Shown here in pieces: positions 9,441-17,172 of a stretch of DNA of 27,578 nt (its first letter is position 1; each line of letters opens with the position of its first letter). Source of the DNA: a virus (taxonomy: Duplodnaviria; Caudoviricetes); IMG/VR virus record IMGVR_UViG_3300032300_000385, positions 1 to 27,578 of that record; one strand, written 5' to 3'. Both the position numbers and the translations under genes were made by a program. The notes beneath the pieces were generated by a model, which searched no databases, was not told the DNA's origin, and saw only the letters and a program-made list of their open reading frames with translations.

Positions 9441-9479
9441 CCTATTTATAGGTACTTACAAACAATCGTAAATAAACCC

Positions 9480-9513
9480 TTGACAAGTTGCGGGGGTGTG
9501 ATAGGTTGAGCGT
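9480..9513 (+). promoter_or_regulatory. Sigma70-type promoter opening the early region
   Basis: TTGACA (9480-9485), N16, TAGGTT (9502-9507) with extended TG. AT-rich upstream. ATG 6 nt downstream. Confidence 0.65.
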
Positions 9514-9600
9514 ATGAACAAAATCCTAATCGCATACATAGTTGGGCTAATCGTCGGGGCTGGTGTAACACTTTGCATAGTTGAGCAACTACTGAAATAA
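9514..9600 (+). CDS. 28-aa single-TM micropeptide (not in ORF track)
   Basis: MNKILIAYIVGLIVGAGVTLCIVEQLLK fills the gap between two promoter-like elements. Confidence 0.55.
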   Translation: MNKILIAYIVGLIVGAGVTLCIVEQLLK

Positions 9601-9603
9601 GTC

Positions 9604-9638
9604 TTGCCATAACTAAACGAAATCCCTACAAACAAACA
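9604..9638 (+). promoter_or_regulatory. Possible sigma70-type promoter
   Basis: TTGCCA (9604-9609), N17, TACAAA (9627-9632), N6, ATG. Confidence 0.45.
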
Positions 9639-10208
9639 ATGACATCCTTACCACTACCAGCACGGCCAATAGGCTCAATCGTACCAGCGAGCCACGATGA
9701 GTTTGCAGACAACACAGCCATCGAGGGCAAGCTCAACGGATGGCGGGGCTGGTTCGACCAAGAAACCCAGCAAGGCTACAACCGCCACGGCAAGTTCGCA
9801 ACCAATCACAAGCTAATGGCAGATCGAATCCTCGGTGCTGGCATCAAGTCTCGGTTTGTAGATTGCGAGATTATGGGACAGAGAACCAAGACCGGCAAAG
9901 GCACAATCGTTGTGATGGATGCCTTCGACCCCGCCAACCCCAAGCCTTACGCCGAGAGGATGAAGGAGATTGAACACCTCGAAGCCGTGACCTTTGATGT
10001 GCCACAGAACAAGCTCCTTCGCTTTGTTCGCCTTGCCCATCATAAGATCAATGCAATCTGGGAAGAGATGAACTTTCAGAACAACAAGGCTGGCGAGGTA
10101 ATCTGGGAAGGCTTTGTGATGAAGGCGATGGATGACGGCAAATATCCTTTCATCACCAACCCCAACTACTGCTCACCCGCTTGGCAGAAACAGAGGATTC
10201 GATGGTGA
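9639..10208 (+). CDS. ATP-dependent ligase-like adenylation domain, lacking OB domain
   Basis: Motif I EGKLNGWR, III VDCEIM, IIIa VVMDA, IV WEGFVMK, V WQKQR, then stop four residues after the motif V Lys. Confidence 0.7.
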   Translation: MTSLPLPARPIGSIVPASHDEFADNTAIEGKLNGWRGWFDQETQQGYNRHGKFATNHKLMADRILGAGIKSRFVDCEIMGQRTKTGKGTIVVMDAFDPANPKPYAERMKEIEHLEAVTFDVPQNKLLRFVRLAHHKINAIWEEMNFQNNKAGEVIWEGFVMKAMDDGKYPFITNPNYCSPAWQKQRIRW

Positions 10209-10420
10209 TCTTTGGCCTCATCATCTTTGTGGGGCTGGTGATTGTGCGAGGGCTTTATATGATCGCCCAACATATCGACCAGCAGAACTACGAGAGACGG
10301 AGATTCTATTTGTCAGTTGCCGCCGACCTCGACCGCTTGGACAAGATCGTGGCCGAAGGCAACCAGCCCAAACAGCCAGAGCTAGTCTTGCCCACAAAGA
10401 ACTGGGTGGGGCGTAACTAA
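10202..10420 (+). CDS. Small membrane protein
   Basis: From ATG 10202: MVIFGLIIFVGLVIVRGLYMIA, an N-terminal TM helix. Confidence 0.6.
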   Translation: MVIFGLIIFVGLVIVRGLYMIAQHIDQQNYERRRFYLSVAADLDRLDKIVAEGNQPKQPELVLPTKNWVGRN

Positions 10421-10421
10421 A

Positions 10422-10742
10422 ATGAAGCTCACACCATCTGCCAAGTTCGAGATTCTTTGGAAGAGTCTGGGTGGGTGGGGGCTGTTAAAGGAATACAAGT
10501 TTGCTGATGGGAGAAGATTTAGATTCGACTACTACCACATTGATGGCGTGGCCATTGAGCTTGAGGGCGGGGTGTGGAGCAGGGGCAGACACACGAGGCC
10601 AACCGGGTTCTTGAATGATATGGAAAAATACAATCTCGCCGCTTCGATGGGCATCCTAGTTTTCCGTGTCCCCTCCCACGACATCAGCACCAAGTGGCTT
10701 TCCCCGATAATCAAAACCATAAACGAAAGGAATGCAAAATGA
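10422..10742 (+). CDS. DUF559/Vsr-like endonuclease
   Basis: EYKF...RRFRFDY....AIELEGGVW..GRHTR..GF.NDMEKYN.A...G..VFR. Confidence 0.75.
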   Translation: MKLTPSAKFEILWKSLGGWGLLKEYKFADGRRFRFDYYHIDGVAIELEGGVWSRGRHTRPTGFLNDMEKYNLAASMGILVFRVPSHDISTKWLSPIIKTINERNAK

Positions 10743-10915
10743 AAGAAGGAGGCAAACCATTAGAGGCATATTCAAAAGAACAAGATGATATGCGAAGGCA
10801 AGCAGTATCAGACTGGAAAGAGCGTTACATACGCTTCGGAATATGGGAAGAGTTAGACCACCGAAGGGACAATGCGAAGGCCGAACAAGAAACAAAGGAG
10901 AAATCAAATGAGTGA
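10739..10915 (+). CDS. Hypothetical protein
   Basis: ATGA-coupled start at 10739, 58 aa. Confidence 0.45.
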   Translation: MKEGGKPLEAYSKEQDDMRRQAVSDWKERYIRFGIWEELDHRRDNAKAEQETKEKSNE

Positions 10916-11123
10916 AGAAATGCCCACATTCTGGCATCAAGAACCAGCCAAGAAAAAATTACCAAATGAAACTACGGATGAATGGGTAGTAAGAGTGTTT
11001 GGAGCTTTCCCAGATACCGAGTTCGACCAGAGAAATGATTTTAGGTGCTTGAACTTACCCACAACCGCAAAAGAAAATGCCGAAGGTTTTGGCATATTCG
11101 ATTACGGACAAGATAAACAATAA
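10908..11123 (+). CDS. Hypothetical protein
   Basis: AAGGAG upstream of ATG 10908, 71 aa. Confidence 0.55.
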   Translation: MSEEMPTFWHQEPAKKKLPNETTDEWVVRVFGAFPDTEFDQRNDFRCLNLPTTAKENAEGFGIFDYGQDKQ

Positions 11124-11142
11124 ACAATAGGAGAAACAACCA

Positions 11143-11997
11143 ATGAATGAACAGATAGTATTGAAGAATGACCACGGCCTAGGCCACTCCAACGGAGTGC
11201 AAAACTATATGCGACAAGCTACGGATGTAGCTGGCGTATGTAGGGCAATCGTAATGGAGACAGCACAGCAGATCGGCAAGGGCGATAAGAAGTATGTCCG
11301 TGTAGAGGGCTGGCAATCTATTGCAGTAGCTCACGGATGTGTTGCAAGTGCAAGAGATGTTGAGCGTCTTGAGGACGGCTATCGTTGCATCGGTGAAGTG
11401 AAGCGAATGGACAACGGCCAAGTAATCTCAAGTGCCGAGGGGTTCTTGGGTGATGATGAGCCGATGTGGGCAAGCCGTCCCACTTATGCTAAAAGGGCTA
11501 TGTGCCAGACCAGAGCAATCAGTCGGGCTTGTCGTTCTGCCTTTGCCCATATCGTAGTGTTGATTGATAAGAGTCTCTCAACAACCCCAGCCGAGGAAGT
11601 TCCACACGGCGGTTTTGAGGACATCAACACGGACAAATACGAACCAGCACCAAAGCCAGTTAAGTTAGATACAGTTAAGTCGGACTCCATCAGCAAGGCC
11701 GACCTAGCCGACATCACGGCAAAGCTCAACGGCGTTGCGGTCAAGACAAATGGCGGTGAGCCGAGAGATATGGAATTGAAGTTCGGCAAGCACAAAGGCT
11801 CAACCCTTCGGCAGATCGCCGCCTTCGGAAACAAGGGCTTGGATTACTTGGAGTGGTTGAGCAAGCAAGACCTCAAGCCCGGTGCAGATGGAAAGCCATA
11901 TAAGAACGACATCATTCGCAACGAAATCATCGCAGAGATTCTTGCCGAAGCAGATGCCATAGCGAAAGGAAATCCAAACGATGAAATCCCATTCTGA
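11143..11997 (+). CDS. Putative ssDNA-annealing/recombination protein with FGKHKG domain and SSB-like tail
   Basis: YVRVEGW...AMCQTRAISRACRSAF...TPAEEV (Rad52/Sak/Bet-type pattern), KFGKHKG.TL..I......YLEWL domain, ends DEIPF. AGGAG RBS upstream. Confidence 0.6.
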   Translation: MNEQIVLKNDHGLGHSNGVQNYMRQATDVAGVCRAIVMETAQQIGKGDKKYVRVEGWQSIAVAHGCVASARDVERLEDGYRCIGEVKRMDNGQVISSAEGFLGDDEPMWASRPTYAKRAMCQTRAISRACRSAFAHIVVLIDKSLSTTPAEEVPHGGFEDINTDKYEPAPKPVKLDTVKSDSISKADLADITAKLNGVAVKTNGGEPRDMELKFGKHKGSTLRQIAAFGNKGLDYLEWLSKQDLKPGADGKPYKNDIIRNEIIAEILAEADAIAKGNPNDEIPF

Positions 11998-12166
11998 CCT
12001 AATCCAAGACATAATCAATGATGCGATGAGTAAGGCCGCCGCCCTCGAAAGGGAGCGGTGTGCCGAACTTGTCCAACGACTGGCAGACGGAACAGAAGAT
12101 CAAGTTATCCAAGACATTCTTAATGAAGTTGTCGTAGCCCTGCGGAGGCTATCGGATGAGCGTTGA
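11981..12166 (+). CDS. Hypothetical protein
   Basis: 61-aa helical ORF overlapping both neighbours. Confidence 0.5.
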   Translation: MKSHSDLIQDIINDAMSKAAALERERCAELVQRLADGTEDQVIQDILNEVVVALRRLSDER

Positions 12167-12374
12167 TGTCGATGTTCCAAGGGTCAAGTGGTCAATGCTT
12201 GAATGGAAAACAATGGAGGAGAAACCCAATAACGATGAAAAAGTGCTTATGGATATTGGCGGTGAGGTTTGTGTCGGTCGTTTCGTTGATGGCTCGTTTG
12301 TGTCTCGAAGCTGGGGGCATTCTGAAAATGATGTTCGGCTTTGGGCAAGCTGGCCGAAAGCACCCAAATGGTAA
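12156..12374 (+). CDS. DUF551-like small protein
   Basis: W....EKP...EKVL........G.F..G.F...........W...PKAP pattern. Confidence 0.55.
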   Translation: MSVDVDVPRVKWSMLEWKTMEEKPNNDEKVLMDIGGEVCVGRFVDGSFVSRSWGHSENDVRLWASWPKAPKW

Positions 12375-12520
12375 CTTTCCTTTTGTCCATCGTGAAAGTT
12401 TTGTGGGACTTGTTCGTCATCGGTTTGGGATGTTTGTCTCTCTATCTAACCATTCTGTTTGTGAGCGGAGCATTGTGGGATTTAGCAAAAGATATTCTAG
12501 AAAGGATTAAAAAGAAATGA
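12368..12520 (+). CDS. 50-aa hydrophobic membrane protein (not in ORF track)
   Basis: MVTFLLSIVKVLWDLFVIGLGCLSLYLTILFVSGALWDLAKDILERIKKK. Its stop overlaps the next ATG (ATGA). Confidence 0.55.
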   Translation: MVTFLLSIVKVLWDLFVIGLGCLSLYLTILFVSGALWDLAKDILERIKKK

Positions 12521-12726
12521 GCGTTAAAAGACTGAAACTTGTGGACGAGTTCCACGCAATCGTATCGAAAAGATTAAAGGACTTGTTCAAGGACTTCGAC
12601 CACGCCAAGCGTGAGAACTACAAGGACATCATTAGCCACCTCGACTACTCGCATCGTATCACTAAAGAACTACTGGAACGAGCCAAGAAGTATCAAAAGA
12701 TAGATATGGAAAAGGCCAAGAAATGA
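12517..12726 (+). CDS. Hypothetical protein
   Basis: 69-aa charged ORF, ATGA-coupled. Confidence 0.55.
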   Translation: MSVKRLKLVDEFHAIVSKRLKDLFKDFDHAKRENYKDIISHLDYSHRITKELLERAKKYQKIDMEKAKK

Positions 12727-12728
12727 AG

Positions 12729-12762
12729 TTGCAATCTATAAAAAGTAGTCTATAAAGATCGT
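12729..12762 (+). promoter_or_regulatory. Possible sigma70-type promoter for the HNH gene
   Basis: TTGCAA (12729-12734), N16, TATAAA (12751-12756), N6, ATG. Confidence 0.5.
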
Positions 12763-13317
12763 ATGCCTAAATATGGAGACATCAGAGCCGATGGGAAAGT
12801 ATTTTTTTGTATGCAAAAGCAGAAGCAAAAAGATGGTTCTCAAAAACAATATGAATGCTGGTTAAGCAAAGAATCATTTAGTAAGAGAAGAATTCAACAA
12901 AGCATTTATATGAAGGAATGGAAAGACAGAAACAAGGAACAGCAAAGACTTCATAATAAAAAATATAGGGAAGGAAATGGAAAATTAAAGCGTTCCGAGT
13001 TTCATAAAAACTGGCAGAAAGAAAACAAGGACAAGGCAAATCAATATACATATATGTGGAGAGATAAGAACCCCGGAAAAGCCGCAGAACAGAGATTTTT
13101 AAGAAGGGCAAAAAATGATGTTATAAAATTAACAAAAAATCAAAAAATGCTTGTTAATGAAATCTATAAGTTGGCTAAACTTTGCGAACGAATTTTCAAT
13201 ATCAAATATCACGTAGATCACGTTGTTCCAGTATCTCTTGGTGGAAGCAATCACCCATCAAACTTGAGGGTGATTCCTGCAAAAATGAATTTAGAAAAGG
13301 GAAATAAATTAATATGA
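12763..13317 (+). CDS. Free-standing HNH (homing-type) endonuclease
   Basis: YHVDHVVPVSLGGSNHPSNLRVIPAKMNLEKGNK, basic helical N-terminus, markedly AT-rich. Confidence 0.85.
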   Translation: MPKYGDIRADGKVFFCMQKQKQKDGSQKQYECWLSKESFSKRRIQQSIYMKEWKDRNKEQQRLHNKKYREGNGKLKRSEFHKNWQKENKDKANQYTYMWRDKNPGKAAEQRFLRRAKNDVIKLTKNQKMLVNEIYKLAKLCERIFNIKYHVDHVVPVSLGGSNHPSNLRVIPAKMNLEKGNKLI

Positions 13318-14048
13318 AGCTACCTTGGATTAAGTTTTATGTAAATGACTGGCTTTCTGATGAGGCCGTAAGGTCTTGCTCTTTGGAGGCTCGTGGACTT
13401 TGGATTGATATGCTTGCCTTAATGTCTAAATCAGAAGATCACGGACACTTATTGATTGGAGGTAGGCCAGCATCGGCAGATCAATTAGCTAGAATCGTTG
13501 GCATTTCACCACAAAAGACAACAGAACTGATGGATGAGTTGTATGCGGCTGGGGTGTTTTCATTCTCAAAAGATGTTATAATTTCAAGAAGAATGGTGAA
13601 AGATGAAAGAACTCGTAAATCTGGTTCTGATAGGCAGATGCGTTTCCGTAAAGCAAATATAACAACTCTGTCACGCTCTAGTAACGCTAATGTAACGGGG
13701 CAGATACTAGATACAAGAGACAAGAGACTAGAACATACAAGGACGCAAGAGCGTCCTATTCGTTCGGATTGGCTTTCTTATGCAAAGGAAATTGGATGGA
13801 TTGGAACGGATGTGGAAAGTGCTTTTGATTATTACGAATCGAACGGATGGAAGGTCGGGGGCAGGGCATCGGTTAAGGACTGGCGAGCGTGTGCAAGAAA
13901 TTGTCAGCGGAGAAGCAACCAACAACCAACCAAAGGAAACAACCAACCAATGAAGAAACCAATCAAATCGGGGTGCGAGTCCCCACCAACCTATAAATTA
14001 GCTGGATTCAACACCCATAGCGACTGGGTAGAAGCGGGGTGTCCGTGA
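13314..14048 (+). CDS. Replication initiator/replisome organiser (YdaU/DUF1376-like N-terminus)
   Basis: PWIKFYVNDWLSD......LEARGLWIDML wHTH and C-terminal FDYYESNGWKVG....KDWRA..RN. Phased repeats in the linker. Confidence 0.75.
   Translation: MKLPWIKFYVNDWLSDEAVRSCSLEARGLWIDMLALMSKSEDHGHLLIGGRPASADQLARIVGISPQKTTELMDELYAAGVFSFSKDVIISRRMVKDERTRKSGSDRQMRFRKANITTLSRSSNANVTGQILDTRDKRLEHTRTQERPIRSDWLSYAKEIGWIGTDVESAFDYYESNGWKVGGRASVKDWRACARNCQRRSNQQPTKGNNQPMKKPIKSGCESPPTYKLAGFNTHSDWVEAGCP
13659..13699 (+). repeat. 11-bp-phased iteron-like repeats (putative origin)
   Basis: ATAACAAC 13659, GTCACGCT 13670, GTAACGCT 13681, GTAACGGG 13692. Confidence 0.55.
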
Positions 14049-14446
14049 ACTACCCTCAAGATATGGTTTTAGCCGCCACAATCCACCGGGTTAAGCTCTG
14101 CGAGGACAAATTGCGTGAGTTTGAGCAAATGGTGACCACACTAACCGCTACAATGGCTCAAAATCGAGCAGAATTGGCCTCAAAAGGGCTTGAAAAGTTC
14201 GTAATAGGGGTAACTACCCCCCTAGACATCCCAAAAGAGCTTGTGCCCACCTTTGGAAAGCATCGGGCGAAGCGAAATCGCTCACATTCAACCGTAGTAA
14301 AGCGATGGACGCTCTGGAAGCACCAACTCGATAGCGGAATGTCGATGAGCGAGCTTGCGAGGGCTTGGGGCGTTCACCCAACTGCTATTTTGTTTGCCAA
14401 AAAGCAAAACTTCATAGTTCGCAAGGCAAAAGGAGGCTCACGATGA
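14045..14446 (+). CDS. HTH DNA-binding protein
   Basis: GMSMSELARAWGVHPTAILFAKK C-terminal HTH. GTGA-coupled start. Confidence 0.6.
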   Translation: MNYPQDMVLAATIHRVKLCEDKLREFEQMVTTLTATMAQNRAELASKGLEKFVIGVTTPLDIPKELVPTFGKHRAKRNRSHSTVVKRWTLWKHQLDSGMSMSELARAWGVHPTAILFAKKQNFIVRKAKGGSR

Positions 14447-14715
14447 TTGCTATAGTCGAAGCGGAGCAGTTTGAGTTGCCTTTTATGAGGACAACGCATC
14501 CAGTAAAAGCCGAAGGCCACGACCAGAACGCTCGCATTCTAGCCCACTTGCAATCGGGTCGAACGCTCACGGCTTTGGAGGCACTCGATTGGTTCAAGTG
14601 CTTTCGCTTGGCGAGCCGAGTTTGTGATTTGCGGAAGGCTGGACATATGGTCGAAAAGCGAACAGTTAAAACCAACAGCGGCAAAAACATCGCTCAATAC
14701 TATTTGTCTTGTTGA
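14443..14715 (+). CDS. Winged HTH protein (HTH_39-like)
   Basis: QNARILAHLQSGRTLTALEAL..F.CFRLASRVCDLRKAGH. ATGA-coupled start at 14443. Confidence 0.75.
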   Translation: MIAIVEAEQFELPFMRTTHPVKAEGHDQNARILAHLQSGRTLTALEALDWFKCFRLASRVCDLRKAGHMVEKRTVKTNSGKNIAQYYLSC

Positions 14716-14733
14716 ATAACCCAAAACCAACCC

Positions 14734-14761
14734 TTGCCTCAATAAAAACTCAAAGTAAGTT
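14734..14761 (+). promoter_or_regulatory. Possible sigma70-type promoter
   Basis: TTGCCT, N16, TAAGTT in an intergenic gap, 9 nt before ATG 14771. Confidence 0.4.
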
Positions 14762-14770
14762 TCAAACTCA

Positions 14771-15070
14771 ATGAACGAAGCCTACACAACCCCAGAGGCC
14801 AAGGCCAACGGCATCCTTTCTGACCGCTACCCCGGCAAGGAACTGGAAAAGCTCTACGCCACGACTCGCAACCAAGCCACGATTGATATGTTGAGAGATG
14901 CCGTGTTCACCCTAATCACAAACGAGATTCCGACTTGCACGATTGCGGAAGTGCTAAAGAAAACCCACGGAGCAATCCAGTATCACCTACGATATTTAGA
15001 GGGCAGGGGCAAGATTAAAAGGCCAAACAAGCGATGCCATTGGACGGAGGTAAAGCGTGAAAATCAATAA
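14771..15070 (+). CDS. HTH DNA-binding protein
   Basis: TCTIAEVLKKTHGAIQYHLRYLEGRGKI, a wHTH pattern. Confidence 0.6.
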   Translation: MNEAYTTPEAKANGILSDRYPGKELEKLYATTRNQATIDMLRDAVFTLITNEIPTCTIAEVLKKTHGAIQYHLRYLEGRGKIKRPNKRCHWTEVKRENQ

Positions 15071-15611
15071 GATGGAATTGAAGAAGATTGAGGCCGAGAT
15101 CGATAGGCTCAAGACCCCGCTTGACAGAGGCGATGGTAAAATAATCAAGGGGGATGAATCCCCATCGAGACGCTACCGCCATTTGTGCGAGCGACTTCAT
15201 TTCTTAACTATGAGAAAAGCCATCATCATACTAGCTATCACGCTCTTATGCTCAAGCCAAGCGGCGAACATAATGATTGAAACCCCAAAGCCACCAGCCA
15301 AGAAAACCATCAAGGCTCGCATCACGGCGTATTGGTTGGGTGAGGACGAGTTTGGGTGGAAAAGCTCTACTGGAAAACGGTTGGTCTCTGGCAAATCTTG
15401 TGCCGTAGACCCTAAAATTATCCCCTACGGAACTACCCTACTAATTGAGGGCAAGGCATACCACGCTCACGACACCGGGACGGCAGTAATCTCACGGAAG
15501 GCATCGGGCAAGACCAAGCTCCCAGTCGTTGATCTTTTCTATGCCACAGAACGGCAAGCAAAGCGGGAATTGGCAAGGGTTGGACGGACAGCATTAGTGG
15601 AAATCCAATGA
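15057..15611 (+). CDS. 3D-domain (MltA-like) cell-wall protein, secreted form probably starting at ATG 15210
   Basis: RITAY...STG...CAVDPKIIPYGT...AHDTG...VDLF (three Asp). MRKAIIILAITLLCSSQA signal peptide from 15210. Confidence 0.8.
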   Translation: MKINKMELKKIEAEIDRLKTPLDRGDGKIIKGDESPSRRYRHLCERLHFLTMRKAIIILAITLLCSSQAANIMIETPKPPAKKTIKARITAYWLGEDEFGWKSSTGKRLVSGKSCAVDPKIIPYGTTLLIEGKAYHAHDTGTAVISRKASGKTKLPVVDLFYATERQAKRELARVGRTALVEIQ

Positions 15612-16144
15612 ACCACCACCAAGGCCAAGACCCAGCCGACAGCATCTTGGCATCCTACACGCCAAATATGGCCGACCATATCGACACGCTGGAAGATCGG
15701 GTGAAGGAGCGACTCGCCCAGATGAAGGCGATGAACCCAGCGATTGACCTAGACCAACTGGCGAAGCTGACGGCAGAGGTGGTGGAGCAGACGATCAAGC
15801 ACGAAGGCGATTCCCAGATGTTGAGGCATAGGAGGGACGACACCTTGGATGAGGCACTCCTAGCCCTAGCATCGAACCGAAGCCCAGACAGCCTAACCTC
15901 AATCGCAAAGCGTTACATCAACCCCTCGACTGGAAAGCCTTATACTAGAGCCGCCATTTCGGCTCGCCTTACGGAGTTAAGCCAACGAACTGGCCTAGTT
16001 TTACGCATCCAACGGAGCGAAAGGGTGAGGCAGATTTACAAGGAACGAGCCTTGAGAGTCCACAAAAAGAGGCGGGAAGAATGCCCAAAATGGAACAAAG
16101 AGGCTTGGGAAAAGGGCATAAAAAAGCGAGGAAAAAAACGGTGA
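15608..16144 (+). CDS. HTH-containing protein, candidate late transcription regulator
   Basis: SLTSIAKRY.......YTRAAISARLTEL HTH-like segment, located near the end of the early region. Confidence 0.45.
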   Translation: MNHHQGQDPADSILASYTPNMADHIDTLEDRVKERLAQMKAMNPAIDLDQLAKLTAEVVEQTIKHEGDSQMLRHRRDDTLDEALLALASNRSPDSLTSIAKRYINPSTGKPYTRAAISARLTELSQRTGLVLRIQRSERVRQIYKERALRVHKKRREECPKWNKEAWEKGIKKRGKKR

Positions 16145-16431
16145 CAACTGGCTCAAAAGTAGTGTGCGTGGACGACAGATTCCCGCCAGACATCCTAGCC
16201 TTTTACAACGCCCTGCCAGTCAAGGATAGGCACTACACAATTAGGGGCATAGGCATAGGGGTGGGCTTGAACGGAGAGGCAGGGGAAGTGGTGGTCTATT
16301 TGGAGGGCATCAACAACCCATTAAGTACGACCCCGCCCCACCCGGAGCGAGGCTTTGCCCAGCACAGATTTCGAGAGATAGAACCACCCGCAGAAGTCGA
16401 GGCCGAGGAGTTGGCCGAGGCTTACGCATAA
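16141..16431 (+). CDS. Hypothetical protein (SH3-like G.KVVCVDD start)
   Basis: GTGA-coupled start at 16141, 96 aa. Confidence 0.55.
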   Translation: MTTGSKVVCVDDRFPPDILAFYNALPVKDRHYTIRGIGIGVGLNGEAGEVVVYLEGINNPLSTTPPHPERGFAQHRFREIEPPAEVEAEELAEAYA

Positions 16432-16449
16432 CCAAAAGGACATCCTAAA

Positions 16450-16923
16450 ATGAGCGAAAAACAGATCGGAATGGAGCTACAAAAAACAGTACGGCTACTG
16501 GACAAGGCCAAGCAAAACGCAATCGAGCAGATGGGGGAGGCCATCGGACTGGCGGCAGACGCTGGCGACCTGCTCCTATCGGCAAGGTTGGAGGGGCTAG
16601 ACCTCGACACCATCCAAGAGGTAGCGGGAATAAACGGTGAGCAAGCTAGGCGGTATGAACGAGTAGCCAAGGCAAGGCCATCCCTACAAGCCCCTACCCC
16701 CGGTGGCCTCAAGCAGTTAGCCCTATGGACTGGGCTACTACCCGACCCCATTGAAACCTCGAACCCAAAGGCCGAGCAAGCGTGGCATAGCTACATCATC
16801 AAAGCCCGCCAATGGCTTGCCCGCAAGACCCCTAGCCAATGGACACCAGCCCAGCGTACCCAGTTCCTTGAAGAAGCCCGCCCTATCGTGGAGGCTTACA
16901 AGGAGGCAGGGGGAGAGCTATGA
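16450..16923 (+). CDS. Hypothetical protein (DUF3102-like)
   Basis: A...G.LL..AR.............A.RY.RVAK pattern. Confidence 0.45.
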   Translation: MSEKQIGMELQKTVRLLDKAKQNAIEQMGEAIGLAADAGDLLLSARLEGLDLDTIQEVAGINGEQARRYERVAKARPSLQAPTPGGLKQLALWTGLLPDPIETSNPKAEQAWHSYIIKARQWLARKTPSQWTPAQRTQFLEEARPIVEAYKEAGGEL

Positions 16924-16938
16924 CAAAAGTGATATGCC

Positions 16939-17160
16939 ACTTACGCAAGTTTTTACACAAGGCACAAGTGCGACTTACGCAAGTAGGGTCGTTGATTATG
17001 GGGTACTTACGCAAGATAGGGTCAATAGTGCGTAGTATCAACAAGTTAGGTAACTTTTACTTTGCCAAATGCACCCAAAACAGGTTCCGACCGCGACTTT
17101 TTTGTGCGAATTAACCTAGTATTTTTTTGTGTTAAACATTGTTAAACAATCTTGCGTAAC
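16939..17160. repeat. Putative cos/pac region: three direct and one inverted TTACGCAAG repeats plus IHF site
   Basis: ACTTACGCAAG at 16939, 16973, 17005. Inverted CTTGCGTAA at 17151. Largest gap between credible genes, just upstream of the packaging genes. Confidence 0.6.
17036..17048 (+). promoter_or_regulatory. IHF consensus site
   Basis: TATCAACAAGTTA is an exact match to WATCAANNNNTTR. Confidence 0.55.
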
Positions 17161-17172
17161 TTTTTAGAACTT

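Noticed and set aside
16939-17016. Repeats as a mini CRISPR array
   Set aside because: Units are only 11-12 bp with ~21-bp gaps, one copy is inverted, and no cas genes are present. They fit protein-binding sites better.
16920-17114. 64-aa ORF across the repeat region
   Set aside because: Its sequence just mirrors the DNA repeats (LRK/LTQ). Probably non-coding, although it has an ATGA-coupled start.
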